Assembly: GCA_913047675.1 (NCBI GenBank)
Contig: CAJWTO010000003.1
Span: 6,670-70,669 of the forward strand
Source: an uncultured Pseudomonadota bacterium
Lineage (GTDB): Bacteria > Pseudomonadota > Gammaproteobacteria > Ga0077536
Direction: 5' to 3'
DNA length: 64,000 bases
Of this stretch, positions 48,076 to 57,502 are shown piece after piece. Numbering within the stretch: the first letter of the stretch is position 1; each line of letters opens with the position of its first letter. A model generated the notes under the pieces. The model worked only from the letters and a program-made list of their open reading frames with translations, was not told where the DNA came from and did no database searches. The position numbers and the translations under genes were made by a program.

Positions 48076-49098
48076 TTAATTCAAAATGGTGGATATTTCT
48101 GGAAGGGAAAGCAATAGATTCTGAACTTCGTTTACGGAAAGACGAGAGGCATTCTTGGAATCGAAGGGTGGAGTATTCCCAATCTGAGCGGTCCCTCTTA
48201 CAAAGTATTTGTCGAAACTTTGACCTGTGTCACAAGGAATACGCCAGTATTCTCCTTGATCATCCGCTCGCGCAACTTCCTCAGCCGTAGCCAATGTCTC
48301 ATGCATTTTTTCCCCTGCTCGGATACCAATAATCTCGACCGCATTACTCGCGCCAAAAAGGTTTAGACAGGCCTGCGCAAGATCGCCAATCTCACAAGCT
48401 GGCGCTTTACGAATAAACATATCTCCATTTCTTCCATTTCTCAAAGCATGAAGTACTAAATCGATGGCATCACTTAGCGGCATCAAGAATCGGGTCATAC
48501 CCAGATGCGTCGCCGTAAGAGAAACGCCGCGCTGTATTTGATCTACAAATAATGGCACTACCGATCCACGTGAATACAAAACATTACCGTAGCGTACGCC
48601 ACACATGATGGATGGGTCGCTTGCTTTTTGAGCCTGAGCCCTCGCAATCATAAGTTTTTCCATCATCATTTTGCTACACCCCATAGCATTTACGGGGTAG
48701 GCTGCTTTGTCTGTGCTTAGAACCACCAATCGCTCGACACTATGATGCAAGGCTGCATCGATCACATTGTTCGTCCCTATGATATTTGTTTGAACAGCCT
48801 CCATTGGAAAGAATTCACATGACGGTACCTGCTTCATCGCAGCAGCATGAAAGACCATGTCTACTCCGCGCATGGCGCGCATGACCCGCCTTTCATCGCG
48901 AACATCGCCAATCTCAAATTGGATTTTTGGATTATTAAATGCAAGGCGCATATCGTGCTGTTTTTTCTCATCACGACTGAAAACAACAATACCCGCAACT
49001 TCGTTTTCAGATAGCAACCGGTTCAATACAGCCCTCCCAAAAGACCCTGTTCCACCGGTGATCATAATGGTCTTACCAATTAGCTCGGTCATATCCAC
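48076..49098 (-). CDS. fnlA: UDP-GlcNAc 4,6-dehydratase/5-epimerase, CapE/FnlA/WbjB type
   Basis: 340 aa, colinear by eye with S. aureus CapE: ITGGTGSFG, FSRDEKKQ, HAAAMKQVPSCEFFPMEAVQTNIIGT, and NAMGCSKMMMEK, i.e. M-x3-K instead of Y-x3-K. Confidence 0.85.
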   Translation of the reverse strand: MDMTELIGKTIMITGGTGSFGRAVLNRLLSENEVAGIVVFSRDEKKQHDMRLAFNNPKIQFEIGDVRDERRVMRAMRGVDMVFHAAAMKQVPSCEFFPMEAVQTNIIGTNNVIDAALHHSVERLVVLSTDKAAYPVNAMGCSKMMMEKLMIARAQAQKASDPSIMCGVRYGNVLYSRGSVVPLFVDQIQRGVSLTATHLGMTRFLMPLSDAIDLVLHALRNGRNGDMFIRKAPACEIGDLAQACLNLFGASNAVEIIGIRAGEKMHETLATAEEVARADDQGEYWRIPCDTGQSFDKYFVRGTAQIGNTPPFDSKNASRLSVNEVQNLLLSLPEISTILN

Positions 49099-49515
49099 TC
49101 AATTCGCAAGTTCCATAATGGTATCAGGGTCAGCCGAGTCAAATTCCTTCGATGCATAAGCAATGATTACGGCTTCTTTCTCTGTCTCATTGACTACCGC
49201 ATGAGACGTACCCGGCCCAGCAAAAACCAACCTAGGCGAATCTGAATCGAGCTGCTCATCGAATCGATCGCCATCTTTAGTTTTCATTAAGAGCCTTAAC
49301 TGACCCGAAACGCAAGTAAACCATTCAGATTTGTGCTGATGAAAGTGATCACCACGGCGAGCTCCTGGAGCGACGGTATAAACATATATCTGTCCGCCCT
49401 GCGGAATAGCTTGTGATGAGAACCGTAATGCCTCGTATAAAATGCCTCTGTCGTCACTATGGACCTCTAGATCTTCAATGCCGCAAGCCATATCCCAAGA
49501 TTTTTTTCTAATCAT
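49099..49515 (-). CDS. Standalone cupin resembling the C-terminal domain of CapF/FnlB
   Basis: 138 aa. HSDDRG...PGARRGDHFHQHKSEWFTCVSGQL...GPGTSHAVVNE...EFDSADPDT parallels the CapF C-terminus (DERGSF...GITKGNHWHHTKNEKFLVVSG...PVGYTHNIEN...FDPNQPDT). There is no SDR domain. It abuts the fnlA start codon. Confidence 0.65.
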   Translation of the reverse strand: MIRKKSWDMACGIEDLEVHSDDRGILYEALRFSSQAIPQGGQIYVYTVAPGARRGDHFHQHKSEWFTCVSGQLRLLMKTKDGDRFDEQLDSDSPRLVFAGPGTSHAVVNETEKEAVIIAYASKEFDSADPDTIMELAN

Positions 49516-49525
49516 TTCCTAATCC

Positions 49526-50665
49526 CTAGACAAACTTGTTGTCTTTAGCTCCCCATACCTGCTCATCGATCACACGTCCCATACCAATGATAATACGTAC
49601 AATTTTTTTTGACACCTCCTGCTGAAGATATGCTTCGGGAGCGGGGGACCGACTTGTATTTATTCCGTCTTCGATCACTAATTTGACTGTCCTCAGCACG
49701 TCCTCCTTATTTAACCCAGTGATGGGGCAGTGGCCGGCCTCTAGAGATTCTTGCTTTTCCGTTGACTTACGAATAGCAATAGCTGGGAAACCCAGGATGG
49801 CAGAATCTTCATGTATCGTTCCACTGTCAGAGATCACACAACACGCCTCCATCTGCAAACGAATAAAATCTATTAGGCCGAAAGGCTCATGCCAATTAAT
49901 CAGAGGATTACTGCGCTCTAGCAACCGCTGTTGCTCTAACCTACGACGGGTACGGGGATGTGTACTGACAATAATCGGAAAGTTATAAGCCTCTGCGAGG
50001 CTATTTAGCGTATCTACTAGAGTATCAAGTGCGCCGCCCTTGTCGACGTTCTCCTCTCGATGAATGCTTGCGGTAAAAAAGTTGTGAGGCTTGATTCCGA
50101 GTTCAGCCAAGATAGTACTCTCAGAGAACTTTTCTCTCATGGTTTTATACACCTCACAAACTGGACTGCCAACAACCATGACATCACGAGGATGCAGACC
50201 TTCACGCAGCAAGTTGCGACGGCTGTGCTCAGTATAAGCCAGATTGACATCGCTAGCATGATCAATAATACGACGATTCAACTCTTCAGGAACATCATTA
50301 TCAAAGGAACGATCGCCAGCCTCTATATGGAAAATAGGGATTTTCTTTCGTTTAGCACAAATCACTGATAAGCCCGAGTTAGTGTCTCCCAAAATCACTA
50401 TCGCATCTGGCCTTTCAAGATCCATCACATCACCAGTTTTCTCGATGATCCTAGCAATTTGACCTTGTAGAGTGTCAGACTTCGTCTCTAAGATGTAATC
50501 GGGTTGCCGTAAGTCAAGTTCCTCGAAGAAGACGGAGTTTAGGTTTCTGTCATAGTTCTGGCCCGTATGAACGAGCAAATGCTCGCAATGTTTATCGAGC
50601 ATCTTAATAATCGCAGCCAGACGAATAATTTCAGGCCTCGTGCCAAGTATGGTCATTACCTTCAT
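49526..50665 (-). CDS. fnlC: UDP-HexNAc 2-epimerase, CapG/FnlC/WbjD type
   Basis: 379 aa, colinear by eye with CapG: TILGTRPEIIRL, LVHTGQNYD, ILGDTNS, IPIFHIEAGDRSFD, VPEELNRRIIDHASDVN, STHPRT, SDSGT. Confidence 0.82.
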   Translation of the reverse strand: MKVMTILGTRPEIIRLAAIIKMLDKHCEHLLVHTGQNYDRNLNSVFFEELDLRQPDYILETKSDTLQGQIARIIEKTGDVMDLERPDAIVILGDTNSGLSVICAKRKKIPIFHIEAGDRSFDNDVPEELNRRIIDHASDVNLAYTEHSRRNLLREGLHPRDVMVVGSPVCEVYKTMREKFSESTILAELGIKPHNFFTASIHREENVDKGGALDTLVDTLNSLAEAYNFPIIVSTHPRTRRRLEQQRLLERSNPLINWHEPFGLIDFIRLQMEACCVISDSGTIHEDSAILGFPAIAIRKSTEKQESLEAGHCPITGLNKEDVLRTVKLVIEDGINTSRSPAPEAYLQQEVSKKIVRIIIGMGRVIDEQVWGAKDNKFV

Positions 50666-51807
50666 CGAGCCACCTTTTTTAAAATCTCGATTATACGCGC
50701 TTGATCATCCTCTTTGAGCCACCATCCACAGGGAATAGAAAGTTCCCGGTCATCAAACCAGTCGGTATTGGGTAATTCCCGGCTATCAGACGTAAACATT
50801 GAGTAGCGATCGTTTCTTACATGAATCTGTGCGGCATCAATACCAGCTTCGTCAAGCGCATCAATAACAGTATTACGGTTCTCCACTAATACCGTGTAAC
50901 CCCAGTAAGTTTGGTAATCCAGTGGGTCACGGCGAAGAATCTTGATACCTGGCGTATTCTCTAGTAGAGCATCATAGCGGCGCCCGTTTTGATGAAAGCG
51001 TTCTAAAATCCATTCAATATGCTTTATTTGCGCTAAACCTAAGGTGCCAGCTATATCATTCATGTTGCCCTTAAACCCCCAATCAGGGATATCCTCATGC
51101 CAAACATCTCGCCCCTCACGAGCATCTCGATCTATCCCGAACCACTTAGCTTTTTTTGCAAGTTCGTAATCCATATTGTTACTGCAGAGCAAAGCACCTC
51201 CATCACCCGTAGTAATATGTTTTATGGCCTGAAACGAAAAACAAACGAAATCACCAATAGCACCGATACGGTGAGTGCGTCGTTTTGCTCCAAAGGCATG
51301 AGCAGCATCTTCGATAACGCGCAACCCATGATCTTTTGCTAGGGCATAAATACTCTCTATCTCAGCCGGCGCACCTTCCTTATGCACGAGATAGATGGCT
51401 CTAGTTTGCGACGAAATCAAGGGTTCTATAGTCTCCGCTGTCACCATACCAGTAGACCGATCAACATCAGCCCATACTGGTCGGCCGCCCAACATACGAA
51501 TTGGCTCATTACCAGCGATACACGTTAAAGGTGTTGAAATCACCTCAGCGCCAGGCCCTACTCCTGACAACTTAAAAGCAATCGTCAGTGCCATCGTACA
51601 TGAATTTACCGGAACCACTCTTGGGTTACCAATGAATTGGGCTATTCGCTCAGCAAATGCCTCAACTTTTTTCCCCTCCGCAAGAAAGCCACTGTCTAGC
51701 GTTTCAGCCATCATCTCAGCTGCCTCGGGAGGCATGAAAACCTTGAATAGAGGAATTCTTCCAATCTTTTCGTCTGATCGTGATCTACGTGATTTCGTCA
51801 TAAACAA
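50662..51807 (-). CDS. DegT/DnrJ/EryC1-family PLP-dependent sugar aminotransferase
   Basis: 381 aa with the PLP-lysine context FSFQAIKHITTGDGG and the IEDAAHAFG motif. There is a 4-nt overlap with fnlC. Confidence 0.85.
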   Translation of the reverse strand: MFMTKSRRSRSDEKIGRIPLFKVFMPPEAAEMMAETLDSGFLAEGKKVEAFAERIAQFIGNPRVVPVNSCTMALTIAFKLSGVGPGAEVISTPLTCIAGNEPIRMLGGRPVWADVDRSTGMVTAETIEPLISSQTRAIYLVHKEGAPAEIESIYALAKDHGLRVIEDAAHAFGAKRRTHRIGAIGDFVCFSFQAIKHITTGDGGALLCSNNMDYELAKKAKWFGIDRDAREGRDVWHEDIPDWGFKGNMNDIAGTLGLAQIKHIEWILERFHQNGRRYDALLENTPGIKILRRDPLDYQTYWGYTVLVENRNTVIDALDEAGIDAAQIHVRNDRYSMFTSDSRELPNTDWFDDRELSIPCGWWLKEDDQARIIEILKKVAR

Positions 51808-51953
51808 GTATTTAAAACACTAGGCCTTGGTCTATAAAAATTAAAAATTCATTAAACAAGCAATCGGCTGAGAAGGTAGGTGATTGAATGCTATACATCT
51901 TTACGTTTGTTGGACAAGAAGGAGCCCTGTAACCAAAAAATTTCGAAAAACCT

Positions 51954-53759
51954 CTACATTTTACTAATTAGTACTTGACCAACCCAAAGATCGTCTATGT
52001 CGGTAAGCTCAAAAACCCGATACGCGTCCTTAGCTGAGCGAACAATCGGTTCACCGTGAAGATTAAACGAGGTGTTCAGAACACCGCCAACACCAGTAAT
52101 AGCGTTGAACTCCGATATCAGCGCATGGAACTCTGAATTTTGTTCACTATCCACCAGTTGGGGTCGGGCAGTATGATCGACCGGATGAATCCCTGCAGCC
52201 AAATCTTTTTGTGCGATGTCATGCGTCTCAAATGCAATCGTCATATAAGGTGCAGACAATTTTTTTGGATTTTTTAAGTACTTGTCGGCGAATTCGACTA
52301 GAATCGCAGGCGCAAAAGGCATCCAGAAGTCGCGGTTTTTTATTTTGTCATTTATTGTTCGGATCATCTTATCTGATCTCGGATCTGCGATAATTGATCG
52401 ATTTCCCAAGGACCTCGCGCCGAACTCCATCCGCCCAGCACATCGGGCTATCACTCGCCCTTGCGCTAACTTTTTAGCAACTGCTGCTGGGTCGACGTCC
52501 CTAGTCACAATATAGCGGGTCTCGCCTCTTTTTTGTATGTCATTTAATAGCTCTTGAACTTCATCAGCATCAATATCGGTACCAAGGTAAGCATTATCGA
52601 GCGGTCGGATGGAGGACTCTCCTAAAGCTTTTGCACAATGAAAAGCGGCTCCCATACCAAGAGATTCATCACCGGGGCTAGGAGGAACAAAGATTTGATC
52701 GATACAATCTAGCTCAGACAACTTTTGGATAGCCTTGATATTCATGACAACACCACCTGCAAGTACGATTCGACGTATGCCGTATTTGGCGACTACATTT
52801 TTGACCCATTCACAAATGAGCTCCTCAACATATTTCTGCAACCCGCCAGCAATTCCGTCAAAACGCAGCCCCTCAAGTTTTTCTCTGAAGTGGTGATAAA
52901 GATCCTTTGGTCTATCGCGAAACTTAAAATCAAGCCCATCAACGTACATCGTTTCGCGAAAAACCTCATAAGCCTTAGAATATATCTGCGGCTTCGCGTA
53001 AGGTGCCAAACCCATTACCTTATACTCATGTTCATCAGGCTTCATACCAAGTAAAAGAGTGATATACCTGTAAATTCTCGCGACCTGGAAGTCACGGTGA
53101 GAAATAGTTTTAATTCTTTCCAGTTTCCCATCATCGCCAATTGAGATTGAGGCACTGTTACCGTCGCCAAATGCGTCAAGAGTCAAGACGAGCGTTTGGC
53201 CATCACGAAATGGACTCGCGTAATAAGCGTATGCTGCATGCGCGGTGTGGTGGTCCACAAATTGGAATCGATCGCCCGGGACCCCAATATGTTCCTCTAT
53301 CGTAGTTACTATATGTTCACGTATTTTTCGCTGATCTTCATCCGTATAAAAGTGCTCGCCAGAAAGGTTCTCAGCTAATGCCCTCCAAGTACCTGGATAT
53401 TGCTCAAAATCGAGTCGCTCTGCATACAAATCTTGCCATGCGATCTCTTGGCCATCACACAGAACTGGTTTCCAGTAACTATGTTGTTCGTTCATTCGGT
53501 CTTCTATATTAAAACCTGAGTAGTAGCGGCCTAACCGATGCCATAGATCATGCTCAGTTGACCCAATGGCAACGCAATCTATTTCGTTACCTGACTTTAT
53601 CCCAGCGCGCAAGCAACAGTACTCAATTGCTTCCTTTGGATAAGATTCATCATTTTTTTTTCTAGAAAAGCGCTCTTGAGACAAACAGGAGTCAAGAACA
53701 CCGTCAATGTAGATTGACGCGGTTGCCATGTAACCGAGGTTTAGCCCCAATATTTTCAT
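51954..53759 (-). CDS. NodU/CmcH-family carbamoyltransferase
   Basis: 601 aa. MKILGLNLGYMATASIYIDG..., HHTAHAAYAYY, and a C-terminal YrdC-like/Kae1-like layout typical of O-carbamoyltransferases. Confidence 0.8.
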   Translation of the reverse strand: MKILGLNLGYMATASIYIDGVLDSCLSQERFSRKKNDESYPKEAIEYCCLRAGIKSGNEIDCVAIGSTEHDLWHRLGRYYSGFNIEDRMNEQHSYWKPVLCDGQEIAWQDLYAERLDFEQYPGTWRALAENLSGEHFYTDEDQRKIREHIVTTIEEHIGVPGDRFQFVDHHTAHAAYAYYASPFRDGQTLVLTLDAFGDGNSASISIGDDGKLERIKTISHRDFQVARIYRYITLLLGMKPDEHEYKVMGLAPYAKPQIYSKAYEVFRETMYVDGLDFKFRDRPKDLYHHFREKLEGLRFDGIAGGLQKYVEELICEWVKNVVAKYGIRRIVLAGGVVMNIKAIQKLSELDCIDQIFVPPSPGDESLGMGAAFHCAKALGESSIRPLDNAYLGTDIDADEVQELLNDIQKRGETRYIVTRDVDPAAVAKKLAQGRVIARCAGRMEFGARSLGNRSIIADPRSDKMIRTINDKIKNRDFWMPFAPAILVEFADKYLKNPKKLSAPYMTIAFETHDIAQKDLAAGIHPVDHTARPQLVDSEQNSEFHALISEFNAITGVGGVLNTSFNLHGEPIVRSAKDAYRVFELTDIDDLWVGQVLISKM

Positions 53760-54078
53760 CTATTATCCCTGCTGTTATTCTTCGATATCGGAACGACAAC
53801 CGACGTAGCACGAAAGTGCGTTAATTCGAACCTACCTTTGTTAAAAACGCCGATCATGAATCGCGCTTTCTACACCGTATTTTTTCATTAAAAATAGAAA
53901 TATACTGAATCGAATTCGCCATTTTTTAATGTAAAAAGAATATATATTTAAAATGCCGAGTATGTTACATGACACTGGTTGCTCCAACAACTAGGACTAT
54001 TTGTCGGTAGAAGCATATGAAATTTTAAAGATTATTTAAATCAGCTAAATCCAGCAGAACTGTGATGAAATTGGTCTT

Positions 54079-55083
54079 CTAACTTTTTGTAAGTTGCGTT
54101 TGAAATTTCCATGTGCTAGCACACATATTTATCAAATCACGGCTTGCTTTCCACTTCAGCTCACGCTGCGCTATTATCGTACTAGAGTAAAATTCAGCTA
54201 TATCGCCAGCACGTCTGGGTACAACTCGAAACGGAATACTCTTACCAGATGCCACCTCAAACGCATCGATAATTTCAAGAACACTATACCCTTGGCCAGT
54301 ACCAAGATTAATCGATTGCCAACTTGGATGTTTACGCAGATAAGTGAGCGCAGCAGCATGACCATCGGCTATATCCATGACGTGAACATAGTCGCGAACA
54401 CCTGTTCCGTCCCGGGTAGGATAATCGTTACCGAACACATTTAACACTTCTCGCAATCCAGAAGCTACTTGCGCAATATAAGGCATGAGATTACTAGGAA
54501 TACCCTTCGGATTCTCCCCAATCAATCCGCTATCATGAGCCCCAACGGGATTGAAATAACGCAAACAGGCAATACACCACTCTGAGTCTGACGCAGCCAC
54601 ATCTGCAAGCATTTCCTCGATATGAAGTTTGCTACGCCCATATGGGCTAATCGGATTAGTGGGGTGCTGTTCGTCAAACGGCAGATATAGCGGATCACCA
54701 TAAACCGTAGCACTACTGCTAAATACAAGCGATTTAACCTGCGCTAACCGCATAGCGCATAGCAAGCTAATCGTACTCTGTACATTATTATCGTAATACT
54801 CTATTGGTTCTTTCACTGATTCAGCAACCGACTTGGAGCCTGCAAAGTGAATAACGGAATCAATCTTGAACGAGGTCAGCACATGTTTAAGTGTCTCAGT
54901 GTTACGAACATCGCCTTTCACAAAATTAATTTTTTGCCCACAGATTTTCTCAATATTTTTAGCAACGATCTCAGTGCTATTCGATAAATTGTCATATAAG
55001 GTAATTTGATTTCCTAAATGCGACAACACAACGGCCGTGTGGCTACCGATGTATCCCAAACCACCTGTCAAAAGGACATTCAT
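54079..55083 (-). CDS. galE: UDP-glucose (or UDP-GlcNAc) 4-epimerase GalE
   Basis: 334 aa with VLLTGGLGYIGSH and YGRSKLHIE (YxxxK) motifs and GalE-typical length. Confidence 0.88.
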   Translation of the reverse strand: MNVLLTGGLGYIGSHTAVVLSHLGNQITLYDNLSNSTEIVAKNIEKICGQKINFVKGDVRNTETLKHVLTSFKIDSVIHFAGSKSVAESVKEPIEYYDNNVQSTISLLCAMRLAQVKSLVFSSSATVYGDPLYLPFDEQHPTNPISPYGRSKLHIEEMLADVAASDSEWCIACLRYFNPVGAHDSGLIGENPKGIPSNLMPYIAQVASGLREVLNVFGNDYPTRDGTGVRDYVHVMDIADGHAAALTYLRKHPSWQSINLGTGQGYSVLEIIDAFEVASGKSIPFRVVPRRAGDIAEFYSSTIIAQRELKWKASRDLINMCASTWKFQTQLTKS

Positions 55084-55088
55084 AGTCT

Positions 55089-56099
55089 CTAATTTTTATA
55101 ATAATCCAAATACCAAGATACAAAATTTTTAACGCCCGTATCAATCGAAGTAGTTGGCCTATATCCGAAATCATTTGTTAGCGCACTAACATCTGCATGA
55201 GTGTCAGGCACATCACCTGGCTGCAATGGTAAAAGCTCATATCGCGCTTCCATCCCCAAAGAATCTTCAATCGCTTGGATGTACCGTAATAACTCCACTG
55301 GCTTACTATTGCCAATATTGTGAACACACCAAGGAGCGCTACTTGACCCCGGGTCTGGGGAGGCTCCGGACCATGTAGAGCTCGACGACGCGGGCCTATC
55401 AATCACCCTCACAACCCCCTCAACTATATCGTCGATGTAAGTAAAATCTCGTTTGTGTTTCCCATAATTGAACACTTGTATTGTTTTGCCCTCAAGAATG
55501 GCTTTGGTAAATTTAAATAAGGCCATGTCCGGGCGACCCCAAGGGCCATAAACAGTGAAGAAACGTAGTCCGGTGGTGGGTAAACTGTATAGATGACTGT
55601 AAGCATGAGCCATTAATTCATTACTCTTTTTACTAGCAGCATACAATGACAATGGGTGGTTTACGCTTTGATTGATAGAAAAAGGCATCTGAGTATTAGC
55701 GCCATAAACGCTTGAACTGCTCGCGTAAACTAAGTGGCCGACGCCATTGTGTCTACACCCTTCTAAAACATTTATGAAGCCAACAATGTTACTTTCAATA
55801 TATGCATGTGGATTTTCTATTGAATAGCGAACACCAGCTTGGGCTGCGAGGTTAACGACACAATCAGGCCTATATTCTTTAAAGGCTCTTGTGACTTCAT
55901 CTCGGTCTGCTATGTCCATACGCATATGGTCGTAATGCGTGTGCGAGAGATTTCTTGCTAATCTAGCTTCCTTGAGATCGGGATCATAATAATTATTATG
56001 ATTATCCATTCCCAATACGACGTCTCCACGCTTCAAGAGAGACGATACTAGTTGGGCGCCAATAAAGCCGGAAGCTCCGGTCACCAAAATTCTTTTCAA
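55089..56099 (-). CDS. UDP-glucuronate 4-epimerase (Cap1J/LpsL/WbnF type)
   Basis: 336 aa with [14 protein letters not shown] and YAASKKSNE. The N-terminal region [17 protein letters not shown] is typical of UDP-GlcA epimerases. There is a 4-nt overlap with ugd. Confidence 0.8.
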   Translation of the reverse strand: MKRILVTGASGFIGAQLVSSLLKRGDVVLGMDNHNNYYDPDLKEARLARNLSHTHYDHMRMDIADRDEVTRAFKEYRPDCVVNLAAQAGVRYSIENPHAYIESNIVGFINVLEGCRHNGVGHLVYASSSSVYGANTQMPFSINQSVNHPLSLYAASKKSNELMAHAYSHLYSLPTTGLRFFTVYGPWGRPDMALFKFTKAILEGKTIQVFNYGKHKRDFTYIDDIVEGVVRVIDRPASSSSTWSGASPDPGSSSAPWCVHNIGNSKPVELLRYIQAIEDSLGMEARYELLPLQPGDVPDTHADVSALTNDFGYRPTTSIDTGVKNFVSWYLDYYKN

Positions 56100-57265
56100 G
56101 AATCACCCCCAAACAAATCTCGGCTATATACTTTGCTTGATACGTCATGAAGGTCTTCAGAAAGTCTATTTGCTACGATTATGTCAGCCTTAACTTTGAA
56201 CAAATCCAGATTATCAACCACTTTTGAATTATAAAAATATTCTGCACTTATCAGTGGCTCATAAACAATTACTTCAATGCCTTTCGCCTTCAAGCGCTTC
56301 ATTATGCCTTGTACACTGGACGATCGAAAATTACCCGAACCAGCTTTCATGATTAGTCGATAGATACCAACCACTTTAGGGGTTTTCGCGATTATGTCAT
56401 CAGAAATAAAATCTTTGCGTGTCGAATTAGATTCAACAATAGCCTTTATCAAAACCTGAGGTACGTCACGATAATTAGCAAGCAATTGCTTGCTGTCTTT
56501 TGGCAAGCAATATCCCCCATATCCAAAACTAGGATTATTGTATTTGCCCCCTATCCTAGGATCTAGGCAAACGCCCTCCACTATATCTCTCGGATCCAGA
56601 CCATGGGTCGCAGCGTAAGTATCAAGTTCATTGAAGTAAGCCACTCGCATTGCAAGGTATGTATTAGCAAATAACTTAATGGCCTCAGCCTCCGTTGATT
56701 CTGTGAGCAGTATTGGAATATCTTTTATTAACGCATTTTTCTTAAGCAATTCAGCGAATGCAAGCCCACGTGCTGAGCGTTCTCCCACCACGATTCTCGA
56801 TGGATAGAAATTATCTTGTAAAGCCTTATCTTCTCGCAAAAACTCTGGAGAAAATAATATATTTTGAGTGCCTAGTTTCTTCTTTATTGCTTCCGTGTAT
56901 CCAACAGGCACTGTGGACTTAATCACAATAGTAGCGTTCTCATTTAAACGCAAAGCATCTAAAATCGCACCATCTACCGAACTAGTGTCAAAATAATTTG
57001 TTTTTTCATCGTAGTCAGTAGGAGTGGCGATAATGACATAGTCAGCATTCAAGTAGGCAGTTTGCTTATCCGTTGTCGCTTGAAGTCTCAAAGCAGTTAG
57101 TCGAAGATGATCCTGCAATTCCGATTCAGCATTCGGCAGTTTCTTGGCGTTGAGCAAATCAACTTTCACCCGATCCACATCCAGACACATCACGTCTTCA
57201 CTCTTGGCTAACAGTATTCCATTAGAGAGGCCCACGTAACCGGCTCCAACAATAGTGATTTTCAA
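56096..57265 (-). CDS. ugd: UDP-glucose 6-dehydrogenase
   Basis: 389 aa with [15 protein letters not shown] and the catalytic Cys in GGYCLPKD. It uses a TTG start preceded by AAGAGGT with an 8-nt spacer. Confidence 0.92.
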   Translation of the reverse strand: MKITIVGAGYVGLSNGILLAKSEDVMCLDVDRVKVDLLNAKKLPNAESELQDHLRLTALRLQATTDKQTAYLNADYVIIATPTDYDEKTNYFDTSSVDGAILDALRLNENATIVIKSTVPVGYTEAIKKKLGTQNILFSPEFLREDKALQDNFYPSRIVVGERSARGLAFAELLKKNALIKDIPILLTESTEAEAIKLFANTYLAMRVAYFNELDTYAATHGLDPRDIVEGVCLDPRIGGKYNNPSFGYGGYCLPKDSKQLLANYRDVPQVLIKAIVESNSTRKDFISDDIIAKTPKVVGIYRLIMKAGSGNFRSSSVQGIMKRLKAKGIEVIVYEPLISAEYFYNSKVVDNLDLFKVKADIIVANRLSEDLHDVSSKVYSRDLFGGDS

Positions 57266-57502
57266 CTCGATTACCTCTTAAAAATAGAGACTTGAGATAA
57301 CTCAATCAGAAGTGCGGATGATAACAGGAGATAATTAAAGATCAACCAGGGATGACAACTCTATTTAGACCCTCGGCTGTACTTTCAGCCACATTAAACA
57401 AAATGATCCACTGAATGCCTCCACAAGACGTATGTTTTTAAATATTTCAAAAATTAGTTTTGCGAGGAAATATAAGAGCCACCCTAATGTATTTGAACAA
57501 GG

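Noticed and set aside
27981-53661. A8-A9 / T8-T9 homopolymers inside glycan genes as phase-variation switches. T9 runs occur at 27981-27989 (AsnB-1) and 53653-53661 (carbamoyltransferase). T8 runs begin at 32152, 36953, 40282, 42680 and 49613.
   Set aside because: Equivalent A8/T8 tracts (Lys-Lys or Phe-Phe codons) also occur in housekeeping genes of the core: 3563 (zinc-ribbon gene), 12785 (ppc), 18715 (argH) and 23362 (rfaH). They therefore look like a by-product of AT-rich codon usage, and A/T tracts of this length are much less mutable than G/C tracts.
54003-54010. GTCGGTAG (ops-core-like) in the 319-bp gap between galE and the carbamoyltransferase gene.
   Set aside because: It is on the plus strand, which is the template strand for the minus-strand operon. 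ops works only on the non-template strand in the direction of transcription, and the motif also deviates at core position 2.
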